Shown: piece by piece, positions 40,621 through 50,619 of the stretch
Layout of the letters: every line of letters begins with the position of its first letter
Position numbering within the stretch: position 1 is the first letter of the stretch
Assembly: GCA_963768055.1 (NCBI GenBank)
Contig: CAVYGN010000001.1
Span: 512,001-576,000, forward strand
Direction: 5' to 3'
Source: an uncultured Spirochaetota bacterium
Lineage (GTDB): Bacteria; Spirochaetota; Brevinematia; Brevinematales; JAOACQ01
DNA: 64,000 nucleotides
Translations under genes and position numbers: made by a program
The notes under the pieces: generated by a model
Database searches by the model: none
What the model was told of the DNA's origin: nothing
Seen by the model: only the letters and a program-made list of their open reading frames with translations

Positions 40621-42267
40621 TCAATTCCCCGCGGATACCTTCATCTCCGCGATGAAAATGCCAGTATCCTGCCAATTTCCGTTTTCAGCCACGACTTCAA
40701 ACGCTGTAATCCTGCTCCAGTCAAAAAGACCTTCAGGAGAGTACCATTTGTCCTTCCATGTCCCCTGCTCCCTGAAGTCTTCAAGCGGAACGGCCACGGT
40801 CTGCCACTCGGAAGTGTTTTTCAGCGATTTCTCGTCAAGAGTAAATCTGATGCGCCATGGAAGTGAAAGAGTGTCGTCCTTCCTTGTTGAAATGAACCGT
40901 ACATCGAGATTCTTAAAGCCGGGTTTTAGTTTAATTTTCATTACAAAATTGTATTTCATTTTCAAAAGGGCCGACAGGTCCTTCATGGGCTTGAAAGAGA
41001 ATCTGAGAACGCCGTATTGATCGAGGTTTTCCATTTTTATAACGGTTTGCCCGTTTTCGGAAACAGTGTCGCAATAGAGGTCTATTACGCCATACTTATA
41101 GAAATCGTCAAGCAGTATTCCCGGGGCGGGATATTGTCTGAATATCGTCAATTCGGAAGTTTCCGGAAGTATCCTGATCTTTTTTTGCGCCGGCTCGCTG
41201 AAGCCCAGCGCCTTCAGCAGAGGGAGGTTCAAATCCGTCTCGAAGACTTCATTGGACCCTTTTTTGAACAGCCCGAACCCGCTGCGGTAATCCCATGATG
41301 TACGCGGGATGGAATATTTCATAAGTATCTTCCGGACGGCTTCATACCAATAAACACGGTCGCTTTCCGGGGAATTTTTCATGTAGACGCCGAATTCTCC
41401 GCAGTACAGGGGCTTTCCGGTTTTGTTCCGGAATTCTACCGCCTTCAGGATCAGCGTCTCTAAAGCCGCGTCGTTCGCTTTATCGGGATAATACCTTAAG
41501 CCCGACGCAACCCACGTATTCAGCAATTCCGAGGGACAGAGAGGCATCCTGTCTTTGCGGTAGGGATAGGGGACATTAGTAAGCGGCGCCAGGGAGGGCG
41601 TCATCCATTCATCTCCCTGGTGGGCAAAGAGCATCGGTTCGTAGAAATGAAATGTATAAATTATATTATCGTCCCCGAAATCCGGCAGAAGATAGAGGGA
41701 ATCTATATCGTCCCAGTTGCAGCCCCCGACGATAACCGCATGTTTTTTATCGATCTCCCTGATCTTCTTCAGGACATTCAGCTCGATCTTACCCCAGGCT
41801 GCCGGATTGATGCCATGCGGCTCGTTAAGGATTTCGTAATAAAGAAAATCCCCCCGGCTTTCATAACGCCCGGCCAGTTGAACCCAGACTTTCGTTAAAA
41901 TATTTTCTATGGACGCGTCGGTGTTTCTGGACGGGTCGAAGCTGTGATTGTCAATTATCAATGATATATTCAGCTCTTCGCAGATATTCACCGCCTCATC
42001 GAGAAACCGGAATAAAAGCGGATCTATTTTATAATCCGGTGCGCCGCCTGTCATCGCGTGAAGGTTGATCGGCAGGCGGATCACGTCGCATCCGAGGCTT
42101 TTCAAATCCTGAAAATCCTTTTTTGTATATTTACTGGACTGGACAGTTCGAGGCGAATTTTCCTGGAACCATTCGGTCAGATTCACCCCTTTTGAAAAAA
42201 TATCTTTCGGATAAAGGGGCAAAGCCGTCAAAAACAAAAGGATAATAAAACATGATTTCCGGGTCAT
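40621..42267 (-). CDS. Secreted GH5 glycoside hydrolase with C-terminal CBM-like domain
   Basis: Signal peptide, IRLPI, IIDNH, YEILNEP, TFHFYEP, YCGEFG, SWDY. Confidence 0.88.
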   Translation of the reverse strand: MTRKSCFIILLFLTALPLYPKDIFSKGVNLTEWFQENSPRTVQSSKYTKKDFQDLKSLGCDVIRLPINLHAMTGGAPDYKIDPLLFRFLDEAVNICEELNISLIIDNHSFDPSRNTDASIENILTKVWVQLAGRYESRGDFLYYEILNEPHGINPAAWGKIELNVLKKIREIDKKHAVIVGGCNWDDIDSLYLLPDFGDDNIIYTFHFYEPMLFAHQGDEWMTPSLAPLTNVPYPYRKDRMPLCPSELLNTWVASGLRYYPDKANDAALETLILKAVEFRNKTGKPLYCGEFGVYMKNSPESDRVYWYEAVRKILMKYSIPRTSWDYRSGFGLFKKGSNEVFETDLNLPLLKALGFSEPAQKKIRILPETSELTIFRQYPAPGILLDDFYKYGVIDLYCDTVSENGQTVIKMENLDQYGVLRFSFKPMKDLSALLKMKYNFVMKIKLKPGFKNLDVRFISTRKDDTLSLPWRIRFTLDEKSLKNTSEWQTVAVPLEDFREQGTWKDKWYSPEGLFDWSRITAFEVVAENGNWQDTGIFIAEMKVSAGN

Positions 42268-42579
42268 GAGAACCTCCTGCAGGGGAAATTATCCGAGATT
42301 TTCCAAATGATTCATCATTTTGCTAATTCCGAAAGTCTTTTCATACAAGCAATGATTTTACCTTGCCCGAAATATTTTGTCAAACCAATTTTTGAGAGTT
42401 TTTCCCGGAGGGTCGTTATCGACCAGTGCCGCGCTGTTCATTGAAATTTTGATACGGAAAAGGAAAATTTGAAATCAGGACCAGAATTCCGGGGTTACCC
42501 AAAAAGAAAAAAACTAAAAGACATTGATGCATTAAATAGGGCCTATTGGAGCGAACGTATCATGTACTGATCGATCGAT

Positions 42580-42990
42580 TTATTCATGAGTCTTATCTCC
42601 TGTTTTTTCATGAGTCGTTTCAGCGATTGAAATTTCAATTTTAATTGGCCTTTTTGCCTTCGTTTTTACTCTCGCCGTTTCCTTCCTTGTGATATGGCCA
42701 ATTATACTCAGCAAAGATATGACTATTCCCGCGGCTATAAAAAATCTTTCGGTTTTGTAACGCGACTCTTCCTTGTCTGCTTCCGTGATTATATGATGCT
42801 CTTTATTGTAAGCCTTGAGCTTTTGTTCAGCCTGGTACTTCTTGTGAAAAGCCTTCAGGTCCTTGTCGTTCATCAATTTTTCAAAATTCGATATTACAGC
42901 CTCTAAATTGGTTCCGGTATTATACTCTTCCGCAGGCCGGGCCGTACTTAGTGCAAATAGAATGAGCAGACTTAAAATGAATACCTTCAT
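42580..42990 (-). CDS. Hypothetical exported/membrane protein
   Basis: Signal-like MKVFILSLLILFALSTA and one TM helix; start uncertain. Confidence 0.5.
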   Translation of the reverse strand: MKVFILSLLILFALSTARPAEEYNTGTNLEAVISNFEKLMNDKDLKAFHKKYQAEQKLKAYNKEHHIITEADKEESRYKTERFFIAAGIVISLLSIIGHITRKETARVKTKAKRPIKIEISIAETTHEKTGDKTHE

Positions 42991-43340
42991 AATTCGAAAC
43001 CTTTTTATTGAGATTAAAAGTTTAAACCAATATTTCCCATTTGACATCTTGTTCTCCCGGAAAAATGTTTTCCAAATCCTAATTGGTACCATTATAACCC
43101 CTCTGTTTTTACCCGTCAATGATATTTATCCGCTCAGTACCGAATTTTTGGTCAATAAATCCTGAAAACCATTGATATTTTCTTCTCTGAACAGCATAAG
43201 CCGACAGTCATCCCTTCGTTCTTTGGCACTGCAACCTGTATACCGCGCATGGATGACAACCTTGGGAATAACTGCCAGAACCGTTGAATTATTGATAAAT
43301 CCTTTGGACAGGATTAGAATAATGGGATTGAGGATATAAA

Positions 43341-44099
43341 ATGCAATTTATTAGACACGCTACATTTGTCTTAATATTAAATAATAAAAAAATATTAGTT
43401 GACCCAATGCTCTCAGATGTTGGAGCATTACCGCCTATTCCATCCAGGGCTAACAGAATGAGAAATCCTTTGATACCATTACCTGTAGAAATAAATTATT
43501 TAATCAAAGATGTTGATGCTATATTGCTTACGCATTATCATTCTGACCACATCGATAAAGCGGCTGAAAAAATTCTGCCGAAAAATATTCTTATATTTTG
43601 CCAACCGGGGGATGATAAAAAACTAAAAGGTAAAGGATTTACAAATGTTCAAACCATTAACGATAAAATAGTATGGGAATCAATTTCATTTAAAAGATTT
43701 CCTGCTAATCATGCCGAAGGTAATTTTCTTAATAAATTAATGGGAAAATCATCCTCATATTATATTCAAAAAGGGACGGAATCATTATTTATAACTGGTG
43801 ATGCGATTTTAGATAAATTATTGATCAATAGTTTAGAAGAAACAAAACCGAATTTAATAATAGCAAATTCCGGTTCTGCCCAGTTTCTTTGGGGTAAACC
43901 GATAACATTGACAGCCGACTCATTAAGAAAAATTAATCAATTGCTGCCTGATGCCAGAATAATAGCGGTTCATATGAATGCGATTAACCATTGTATATTA
44001 TCTAAGGATGAATTAAATAAATTCATAATTAAGGAAAACCTGACAATGAAAATTAATATTCCAGATGAAGGTGATGTAATTGTGCCATTTTCCCGGTAA
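43341..44099 (+). CDS. MBL-fold metallo-hydrolase
   Basis: ILVDPML, THYHSDH, TGD, AVHMNAINH. Confidence 0.9.
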   Translation: MQFIRHATFVLILNNKKILVDPMLSDVGALPPIPSRANRMRNPLIPLPVEINYLIKDVDAILLTHYHSDHIDKAAEKILPKNILIFCQPGDDKKLKGKGFTNVQTINDKIVWESISFKRFPANHAEGNFLNKLMGKSSSYYIQKGTESLFITGDAILDKLLINSLEETKPNLIIANSGSAQFLWGKPITLTADSLRKINQLLPDARIIAVHMNAINHCILSKDELNKFIIKENLTMKINIPDEGDVIVPFSR

Positions 44100-44346
44100 A
44101 ATGCTGCTGCCATTCACCGATAGTTGATGACCATGTTAGTGAAAGCTTTTCCTGATCAGATGTTAATGTACAAAGGATTTTACTGCGGGACAAATCTATT
44201 CTCCCGGTATTTTCCATCCAATCCTATTGCTATTTTGTAATGGCTATCATTCACCTATGCATTCATCTGTTAAATGTTGAATATCAGGATCGGAAATAGT
44301 ATATTAATTATAGGAAGTTTCGAAAAATTCATCAGGAGGTTTCATT

Positions 44347-44970
44347 ATGGAAGAAGAAAAATCCACTGAACAATCACCATCAAATAGAATGAATCCCAAG
44401 GTTGATTTTTATTTTAGTAAAGCCAAAAAGTGGCAGGAAGAATTGGAGAAATTGAGAATGATCGTTCTTGACTGCCGGCTGTACGAAGAATTGAAGTGGG
44501 GCGTTCCCTGTTACTCTTTTCAGAACAGCAACATAGTTTTAATACATGCATTTAAAGAATACTGCGCGGTTTTGTTTTTCAAAGGCGCCTTGTTAAAAGA
44601 TGCCAACGGCATTCTAATCCGGCAAACGGAGAATGTGCGGGCAGCGCGCCAGATTCGGTTCACAAGCGTTCGTGAAATAGTTGAGATGGAAACCATCTTG
44701 AAAGCCTATATTTTTGAAGCCATTGAAGTTGAAAAAGCCGGTTTGGAAGTGAATTTTAAAAAGACTGCAGAATTCACCATTCCTGGAGAATTTCAAAATA
44801 AATTGGATGAAATCCCCGCCTTGAAAACCGCTTTTGATGCACTGACGCCGGGGCGGCAAAGAGCGTACATATTTTATTTTTCTCAACCCAAACAATCCAA
44901 AACACGGGAGACAAGGATTGAAAAATCTATGCAGCAAATCCTCAATGGAAAGGGATTAAATGATCAGTAA
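44347..44970 (+). CDS. YdeI-like protein (DUF1801 + OmdA domain)
   Basis: ELKWGVPCY, FFKGALL, LTPGRQRAY. Confidence 0.88.
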   Translation: MEEEKSTEQSPSNRMNPKVDFYFSKAKKWQEELEKLRMIVLDCRLYEELKWGVPCYSFQNSNIVLIHAFKEYCAVLFFKGALLKDANGILIRQTENVRAARQIRFTSVREIVEMETILKAYIFEAIEVEKAGLEVNFKKTAEFTIPGEFQNKLDEIPALKTAFDALTPGRQRAYIFYFSQPKQSKTRETRIEKSMQQILNGKGLNDQ

Positions 44971-44991
44971 TTATTCAATAAAGGAACTGCC

Positions 44992-45495
44992 ATGATCAAT
45001 AAGTTTCTTCCTCGACGAATCGATAATACATATCGCGGTCATAAACTCGCACTGTGGCTCTTTGCATTGAGTGTGTCCGTGAAAATCTTTCAGTGCCTGA
45101 TGGTTATATTCAACGGTAATTCTACCGCGATTTATGCCGACGGATTTCCCCTTAAAACATTTCCACCCGCTGCCGCACAGACAGTTATTGCACTGTTCGC
45201 GCTCTCGGGTCTTCGTCTCCTGATCATCTCTCTGTTATGTGTGCTCGTATTGGTCAGATATCGCAGTATGATTAGTTTTATGTTTGCATTGCTGGTTTTC
45301 GAATATCTGACCGGACAAATGATTTTCCACTTCGTTCCACTTGTCCGCACGGGAACACCGCCAGGACCCGTCGTAAACTTCATATTTTTTATTTTGTGGG
45401 TTGTTGGCCTCGTGCTATCACTATGGAGTCAAGGCAATCAGGAGGTAAAGGATTTACCGCCTAAAGCAGGCTCTGGAGAAAAGGCAGCCCCATAA
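44992..45495 (+). CDS. Hypothetical membrane protein
   Basis: About four hydrophobic segments; RBS AAGGA. Confidence 0.6.
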   Translation: MINKFLPRRIDNTYRGHKLALWLFALSVSVKIFQCLMVIFNGNSTAIYADGFPLKTFPPAAAQTVIALFALSGLRLLIISLLCVLVLVRYRSMISFMFALLVFEYLTGQMIFHFVPLVRTGTPPGPVVNFIFFILWVVGLVLSLWSQGNQEVKDLPPKAGSGEKAAP

Positions 45496-45518
45496 CAATT
45501 TAACCAAGGTCACTCGCT

Positions 45519-45998
45519 TTAAACTTTTTTAACTATCTCCTCAATACTACAAGAAGGATTTTCCGATAGATATTTCTCCAAAAGTTTTTTCAACCCATCA
45601 AGCATCATCTGCCAGTTTTTCTCTGAATGTTCGCGATCTGCTTCTGTCGGGTTTTTATCTTGTGAAAGAGTAACTTTGGTTTGATTTCCACTCTGTTCAA
45701 GTTCTATTGTAACAATATGGTAATTCTCTTTTATATCAGGGTCGCCAGAAAGAGGACTAAAATGACTGTACTGCAATATCCGTTCTTTTTCCAATTTGAG
45801 AATAAACCCTTTGTCTTCATATGGCTTACCTTGCCATTCACCTCTCCAGAAAATGGGACTGCCGATTTTCCAACCGGTTACTACATCAGTTCCAAACATA
45901 TATTGCTTTATGATTTTCGGTTTGATCAATGATCCCCAAACAACAGCGATCGGAGCATTGATTCTTGCTGATGCTTTTGCAATTAAATCTTTTTTCAT
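45519..45998 (-). CDS. SRPBCC/AHSA1-domain protein
   Basis: INAP...VW..L..P..IKQYMFG..W..GS, NWQMMLDGLK. Confidence 0.85.
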   Translation of the reverse strand: MKKDLIAKASARINAPIAVVWGSLIKPKIIKQYMFGTDVVTGWKIGSPIFWRGEWQGKPYEDKGFILKLEKERILQYSHFSPLSGDPDIKENYHIVTIELEQSGNQTKVTLSQDKNPTEADREHSEKNWQMMLDGLKKLLEKYLSENPSCSIEEIVKKV

Positions 45999-46048
45999 AA
46001 ATACCCTCTTTTTTCAAAATAATAAAAAGAAAATTAATAGTCAATAAA

Positions 46049-46234
46049 GGGCGGTTCTAATAACTAACAATATTGTTAACAATTAGCATTCTAATTGTTT
46101 ATAATCCGCCCAATGGGCCCTGGTGCCTGGACTGGTGCCAGTCTCCAGGACAGGTGTGTTACCTATCCGCCTTGCCTGTATCGGCTTGCCCGATGAAAAG
46201 GCTATGTCCTGTAAGGAGGTTATTAGAAACGCCC
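46049..46234. mobile_element. MITE-like non-autonomous element
   Basis: 16-bp TIR GGGCGGTTCTAATAAC / GTTATTAGAAACGCCC (1 mismatch), flanked on both sides by TAAA; no transposase inside. Confidence 0.6.
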
Positions 46235-46356
46235 TAAATATAATTGCAAAAAAATACCTTGACAAAAAAATAAGCCGGCAATAAATTTCAATATAAGCCG
46301 GCTGGGTAAGCGGCATTATCAAAAATTTTTACCGCTGAAATATTCAGGAGGATTTC

Positions 46357-46542
46357 ATGGGAAAAGTCGTTTTCACTCAGGTCAACGGCGGGCAGCTGCC
46401 CAAACAAGCGCCTAAAGTATTACCTGCCGGAGTACTTGGATTGGACGGGTGGGCAAACAGGCTCCTGGTAGTAATTTATTGCGTGTGGGTAGCAACAATC
46501 GCCCGGCAGGCGATCAGAATACGAAACCAAAAATCTTCGTAG
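46357..46542 (+). pseudogene. DUF998-like membrane protein C-terminal fragment
   Basis: GWANRLLVVIYCVWVATIA. Confidence 0.4.
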
Positions 46543-46574
46543 AAATTGCCGGTTATTGTAATAGGAGGAGAATT

Positions 46575-46964
46575 ATGAGAACGAAACAGAAAATGCCTAA
46601 AAATATAGATGACTATATTGCCGGTTACCCGGAGGATGTTAGAAAAATTCTCCAAAAAATAAGACAGACGATCAGGGAGGCAGCTCCAGGTGCGGAAGAA
46701 ACAATCAAATATGGAATGCCGACTTTCATGCTGAATGGTAACCTGGTTTATTTTGCAGCTTTCAAAAAGCATATCGGGTTTTATCCTCCTGTTTCATCAG
46801 GAAATTCGAAGTTCAAGGAGAAATTATCAGTTTATGAAGGTGCGAAAGGCTCGCTGAAGTTTCCACTGGATAAACCAATTCCATTTGATCTGATCGACAT
46901 AATAGTGAAGTTAAGAGTAAAGGAAAACCTGGAACGAACCAGGCAGGTATCCGGCGCCCCTTGA
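46575..46964 (+). CDS. DUF1801/YdhG-like protein
   Basis: IDDYIA, EETIKYGMPTF, FAAFKKHIGFYP, KGSLKFP; RBS AGGAGG before ATG 46575. Confidence 0.88.
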   Translation: MRTKQKMPKNIDDYIAGYPEDVRKILQKIRQTIREAAPGAEETIKYGMPTFMLNGNLVYFAAFKKHIGFYPPVSSGNSKFKEKLSVYEGAKGSLKFPLDKPIPFDLIDIIVKLRVKENLERTRQVSGAP

Positions 46965-47022
46965 CTTATTTAAAATAAACTACTATTTTTTGTTATAAAA
47001 AAGAGTAAAAAAGGAGGGGTTT

Positions 47023-47886
47023 ATGATCAACAAAGAAGATAAAATTATTTTAGTTACAGGCGCTACGGGCCACCAGGGCGGTGAAGTTGTTCGCAGCCTT
47101 TTAAGGAACGGATGGAAGGTCGACGCCCTTACCAGGGGACGATCCGGGAAGATCGGCGCTTTGAAAGACCTGGGTGCAAGGATTGTTATAGGCGACATGG
47201 AAAATGAGGCCTCGCTGGATGAGGCTATGAAAGGAGTTTACGGCGTATTTTTAATCACTACCCCTATGGAAGGAGGTGCTGACGGCGAGATTAAGAGGGG
47301 AAAGACGGTTACCGATTCGTCCGTAAGAGCGGGTGTTAAGCATCTTATATTTTCTTCGGTCGGTTCGGCAGATAGAAATACAGGAGTTCCTTTTTTTGAA
47401 ACCAAGAGGGAAATCGAGCTTTATATAAAAAGTAAAGGGATTCCATATACCATTTTCAGGCCTGTATCTTTTATGATTAATTTTGAGCAGCCGAATATGC
47501 GGGATTCCATTCTTGCAGGAAAACTAAGGTCATCCTACCCTGAAAATAAAAAAGAACAGTATCTGGCTCTTGAAGACCTCGGGGCGTTTGTCAATATTGC
47601 TTTTGAAAACCCGGATACATATATCGGAAAAGAGATAGAACTGGCCAGTGACGAATTGACCGCGAATCAGATTGCGGATTCGTTTTCGAAGGTTCTCGGG
47701 CAAACAGTCAAGTATGAAAATATACCCCTTGAAGATATAAGGAAACAGATGGGTGAAGCATTTTACAAAATGCAAAAATGGCATATGAATAACAGTTACA
47801 ATGCCGATATAGCGGCGTTAAAGAAAATCTATCCGCAACTAACCTCTTTCGATAGTTACCTGAAGCGTCATGAATGGCATAAATAG
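47023..47886 (+). CDS. NmrA/HSCARG-family NAD(P)-binding protein
   Basis: TGATGHQGG, GVKHLIFSSV, FRPVSFM. Confidence 0.9.
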   Translation: MINKEDKIILVTGATGHQGGEVVRSLLRNGWKVDALTRGRSGKIGALKDLGARIVIGDMENEASLDEAMKGVYGVFLITTPMEGGADGEIKRGKTVTDSSVRAGVKHLIFSSVGSADRNTGVPFFETKREIELYIKSKGIPYTIFRPVSFMINFEQPNMRDSILAGKLRSSYPENKKEQYLALEDLGAFVNIAFENPDTYIGKEIELASDELTANQIADSFSKVLGQTVKYENIPLEDIRKQMGEAFYKMQKWHMNNSYNADIAALKKIYPQLTSFDSYLKRHEWHK

Positions 47887-47895
47887 CGCTTTGTC

Positions 47896-47980
47896 GTGAT
47901 CAATGGTATTTCGCTGGACGGCGTCATACAGTCACCGGCCCGACCCGATGAGGATTTTCGCGGTGATTTCAAGTATGGCG
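47896..47980 (+). pseudogene. Dihydrofolate-reductase-family (RibD_C) 5' fragment
   Basis: ISLDGVIQSPARPDEDFRGDFKYGG, then similarity stops. Confidence 0.55.
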
Positions 47981-48134
47981 GGAGGAGCCTGATCGATAGC
48001 CATCATAATGTAATCAAGTTCTTCTGGAAAATTCTGCCAAAAAACGGCGGGCCGGTTGCCGCCCGCGGCCCGGATAGCCAACTTTTCGATGTCGCGGTAT
48101 ACTCAAGTGGGAGTTCATTATCATGGAGGTTATT

Positions 48135-48314
48135 GTGAAACAAGCCAATATTGGTAAAATCGGCTTTTTCTCGTCTGCTTTATTCCTGATGCTGACGGCA
48201 GTCCTGCATTTGATCGAACCTGAATATGATACTTCAAAGCACCTGATAAGCGACTATGAACTTGGCAAATTCGGCTGGATGATGTCTCTTGCTAAACCGG
48301 AAGGTCGCTTTTAA
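48135..48314 (+). pseudogene. DUF998-like membrane protein N-terminal fragment
   Basis: LHLIEPEYD..HLISDYELGKFGWMM, truncated. Confidence 0.5.
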
Positions 48315-48339
48315 AATTAATATCAAAAAATAAAAGATC

Positions 48340-48372
48340 CGGAGAGAGGGGGACTGCCGGGGATACGAACCC
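48340..48372 (-). other. Degenerate tRNA 3'-end-like (att-like) sequence
   Basis: Minus strand GGGTTCGTATCCCC[GGCAGTCCCC]CTCTCTCCG resembles a tRNA-Ser T-arm/acceptor 3' end with a 10-nt insert; no 5' half. Confidence 0.4.
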
Positions 48373-48682
48373 GAATTTACTTTGTTGTAACTTCAACTTC
48401 GGTAAAGAATTATAAATTCATACAATTTTCGAGGGTCACTCATGGCGTAACCAAAACGTACCCAATTTATAACCACTAAATTTATACTAATTTCTTATAA
48501 AAAAGATAACTTTTATATAAGATTTCATCTTAAATTATTATAAATAATATCGAATTAAAATGCACATATATTGACGATATTTTCCGGAACAAATTCTTTT
48601 AGAAATATAACCTTTGGCAGCCCATTACAAGTTTATCTATCCATAAATTGTATCAATGATCTTATAAATATTAATACCTTAC

Positions 48683-48711
48683 TTGACAATAATCTATAAA
48701 ATTTTTATGAT
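48683..48711 (+). promoter_or_regulatory. Sigma70 promoter for hicBA
   Basis: TTGACA-N17-TATGAT. Confidence 0.6.
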
Positions 48712-48729
48712 AAAATCGAGGTATTCATT

Positions 48730-48939
48730 ATGATTAGAAATTTAATTTTGGATTACTGGATTGATGGCGGCTGGTATGTCGGAAGACTGAAAGAAATTCC
48801 AGGAGTTTTCAGCCAGGGGAAAACTCTGAAAGAGCTGGAAGAAAACATTATCGATGCTTATAAATTAATTCTTGAAGATAATAAGGATGATGATTTTCAT
48901 GAGAATATTCATGAAATAGAGCTAGAGGTTTCCATTTGA
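48730..48939 (+). CDS. hicB: HicB-family antitoxin
   Basis: WYVG..EIPGVFSQGKTLKELEENI.DA. Confidence 0.88.
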   Translation: MIRNLILDYWIDGGWYVGRLKEIPGVFSQGKTLKELEENIIDAYKLILEDNKDDDFHENIHEIELEVSI

Positions 48940-49111
48940 AACGAAACCGTTTCATCAAAGAACTTGAAGATGCCGGTTGCATTCTTAAAAGGCATGGCGG
49001 CCGTCACGACTTATTTCAAAATATTTCAAACGGAAAATAGCTCCAATTCCAAGACATGCTGAAATAAAAGAAAGTTTATGCAGGCTGATAAGGAAGCAGC
49101 TTGGTATTTAA
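48936..49111 (+). pseudogene. hicA: HicA toxin, frameshifted (1 A missing near 49035)
   Basis: TTG start, KR..L..GC.L.RHGGRHD..NGK* then APIPRHAEI..L..IRKQLGI* in another frame. Confidence 0.8.
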
Positions 49112-49272
49112 TCATATTGAAATACTTCATTCGCCAGCCGCTGAACAGCCTGTTTGAAAAACGCAAGCACAATTTAATTCACATTTAATGCCAATGTCGC
49201 ACTTTTACTCTATAAGCCATTATTGACAATACATATCATATAAGGTATATTAAATTCATACGGAGGACAGCT

Positions 49273-49509
49273 ATGCTTGTTTTACATGGAGTATATAATA
49301 AAGGAAAAGTTGAAATTACAGAACCTGTCCCGGAAGGTTTAAAGGGCCCGGTAGACCTGATTATCAAGCAAAATCCTGAAAAGAAAAAACATCTTGTAAT
49401 AAAACAATTTGATGAATTGAACAGGGAAATGCTGAAGCTTAATATCACCTTAAAAAAGGGACAGGATATCGACAGGATTGCGGATGAGGCTTTTAATGGT
49501 TTACCTTGA
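49273..49509 (+). CDS. Probable antitoxin
   Basis: 78 aa, GVYNKGKV N-terminus, overlaps the PIN gene; promoter TTGACA-N17-TATATT at 49223-49251. Confidence 0.6.
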   Translation: MLVLHGVYNKGKVEITEPVPEGLKGPVDLIIKQNPEKKKHLVIKQFDELNREMLKLNITLKKGQDIDRIADEAFNGLP

Positions 49510-49900
49510 TTCAAATATACTGATATATAGTTTTGTCCATGAAGATGAAAATAAACAGGCCAAATCCATAAAGCTTATTAAAGACCTGATGCAGCAGAAT
49601 GAATTGCTGATTTCTCCTTTAGTAATTCAGGAAAGCGCTTATGTAATGTCAAGATTGGGAGTAAATAAAGAGCTGATATCCCAAAACATTGATTTGTACT
49701 CTGAATTTTGCCTAATACCCATCGAAGCCAGGTCAATTCTGGCAGCTAAAGACCTGGCATATAAAACAGACTCTTACCGCAGTTTTAATGATGCTCTCCA
49801 TGTAGTTCTCGCCGAATTGTTTTGTGATAAATTAATTACTTTTGATAAGGGTTTCAAGAGTTTTGCTTCTTTCACTCCTTTGAATATTGAGATATTATAA
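49496..49900 (+). CDS. PIN-domain (VapC-like) toxin
   Basis: YLDSNILIY, VIQE, SFNDALH, ITFDKGF. Confidence 0.88.
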   Translation: MVYLDSNILIYSFVHEDENKQAKSIKLIKDLMQQNELLISPLVIQESAYVMSRLGVNKELISQNIDLYSEFCLIPIEARSILAAKDLAYKTDSYRSFNDALHVVLAELFCDKLITFDKGFKSFASFTPLNIEIL

Positions 49901-49996
49901 TCTAACTTGCCCGTTTTCCTATAATTCATGCCAATGTCTATTTTCCTTGTTTGACATTTATCCTTTTTAAATGATAAAATAATCAAGGAGAATAAT

Positions 49997-50251
49997 ATGT
50001 CTTATCAATTGACAGTGGATTACCCTGAAAATTTACCCGACATACTTCAGGAATCCAGGGAAGAATTTGAAAAAGAAGCAAAACTGGCGCTTTTTATCAA
50101 ATTGTTCGAGATGAAAAAAATATCATCCGGTATGGCTGCACAATACTTAGGAATAAACCGTGCCGGTTTTTTAGCCAATTTATCCCGTTTCGGAGTATCC
50201 ATGATCGATTTAACAACCCTTGAATTATCAGAAGATATTAAAAATGCCTGA
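49997..50251 (+). CDS. UPF0175-family predicted antitoxin
   Basis: KLFEMKKISSGMAAQYLGI.R..F; promoter TTGACA..TGnTAAAAT at 49951-49980. Confidence 0.85.
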   Translation: MSYQLTVDYPENLPDILQESREEFEKEAKLALFIKLFEMKKISSGMAAQYLGINRAGFLANLSRFGVSMIDLTTLELSEDIKNA

Positions 50252-50300
50252 AACTTCTATTGTCATAAATACAGGTCCGCTGGTTGCACTAGCAGCAGCC
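50244..50300 (+). pseudogene. DUF3368 PIN-like toxin 5' remnant
   Basis: MPETSIVINTGPLVAL overlapping the UPF0175 stop, then lost. Confidence 0.55.
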
Positions 50301-50326
50301 GTTATCCGTGAATCTGGTGAATCATT

Positions 50327-50596
50327 ATGCAAAAAGCTCATTTGAAAATCGATATACCGAATGATATTTTAATATTGCTGGATGAAACCGAATCCGATTT
50401 TATTCTGGATATGAAACATTATACAGCCGCATTTCTATTCCAGAAGGGCAAATTAACCATCGGGAAAGCAGCAGAATTAGCGGGAATGTCCCGGATTGAA
50501 TTTGAGCAGTTTCTGGGTAATAATCGCCTGCCAATTTCAAATTTAACCATTGATGATATTCATAACGATCTCGACCTTTTGGAAAATATAAATTAA
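50327..50596 (+). CDS. UPF0175-family predicted antitoxin
   Basis: LFQKGKLTIGKAAELAGMSR.EF. Confidence 0.85.
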   Translation: MQKAHLKIDIPNDILILLDETESDFILDMKHYTAAFLFQKGKLTIGKAAELAGMSRIEFEQFLGNNRLPISNLTIDDIHNDLDLLENIN

Positions 50597-50619
50597 TGAG
50601 CACCAATAGCTTAGATTGA

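Noticed and set aside
43205..43258. GTCATCC...GGATGAC inverted repeat as a REP-like element
   Set aside because: Only a short stem and a single copy in the window
48340..48440. Intact tRNA gene
   Set aside because: Only a disrupted 3' portion is present; no D-arm or anticodon arm
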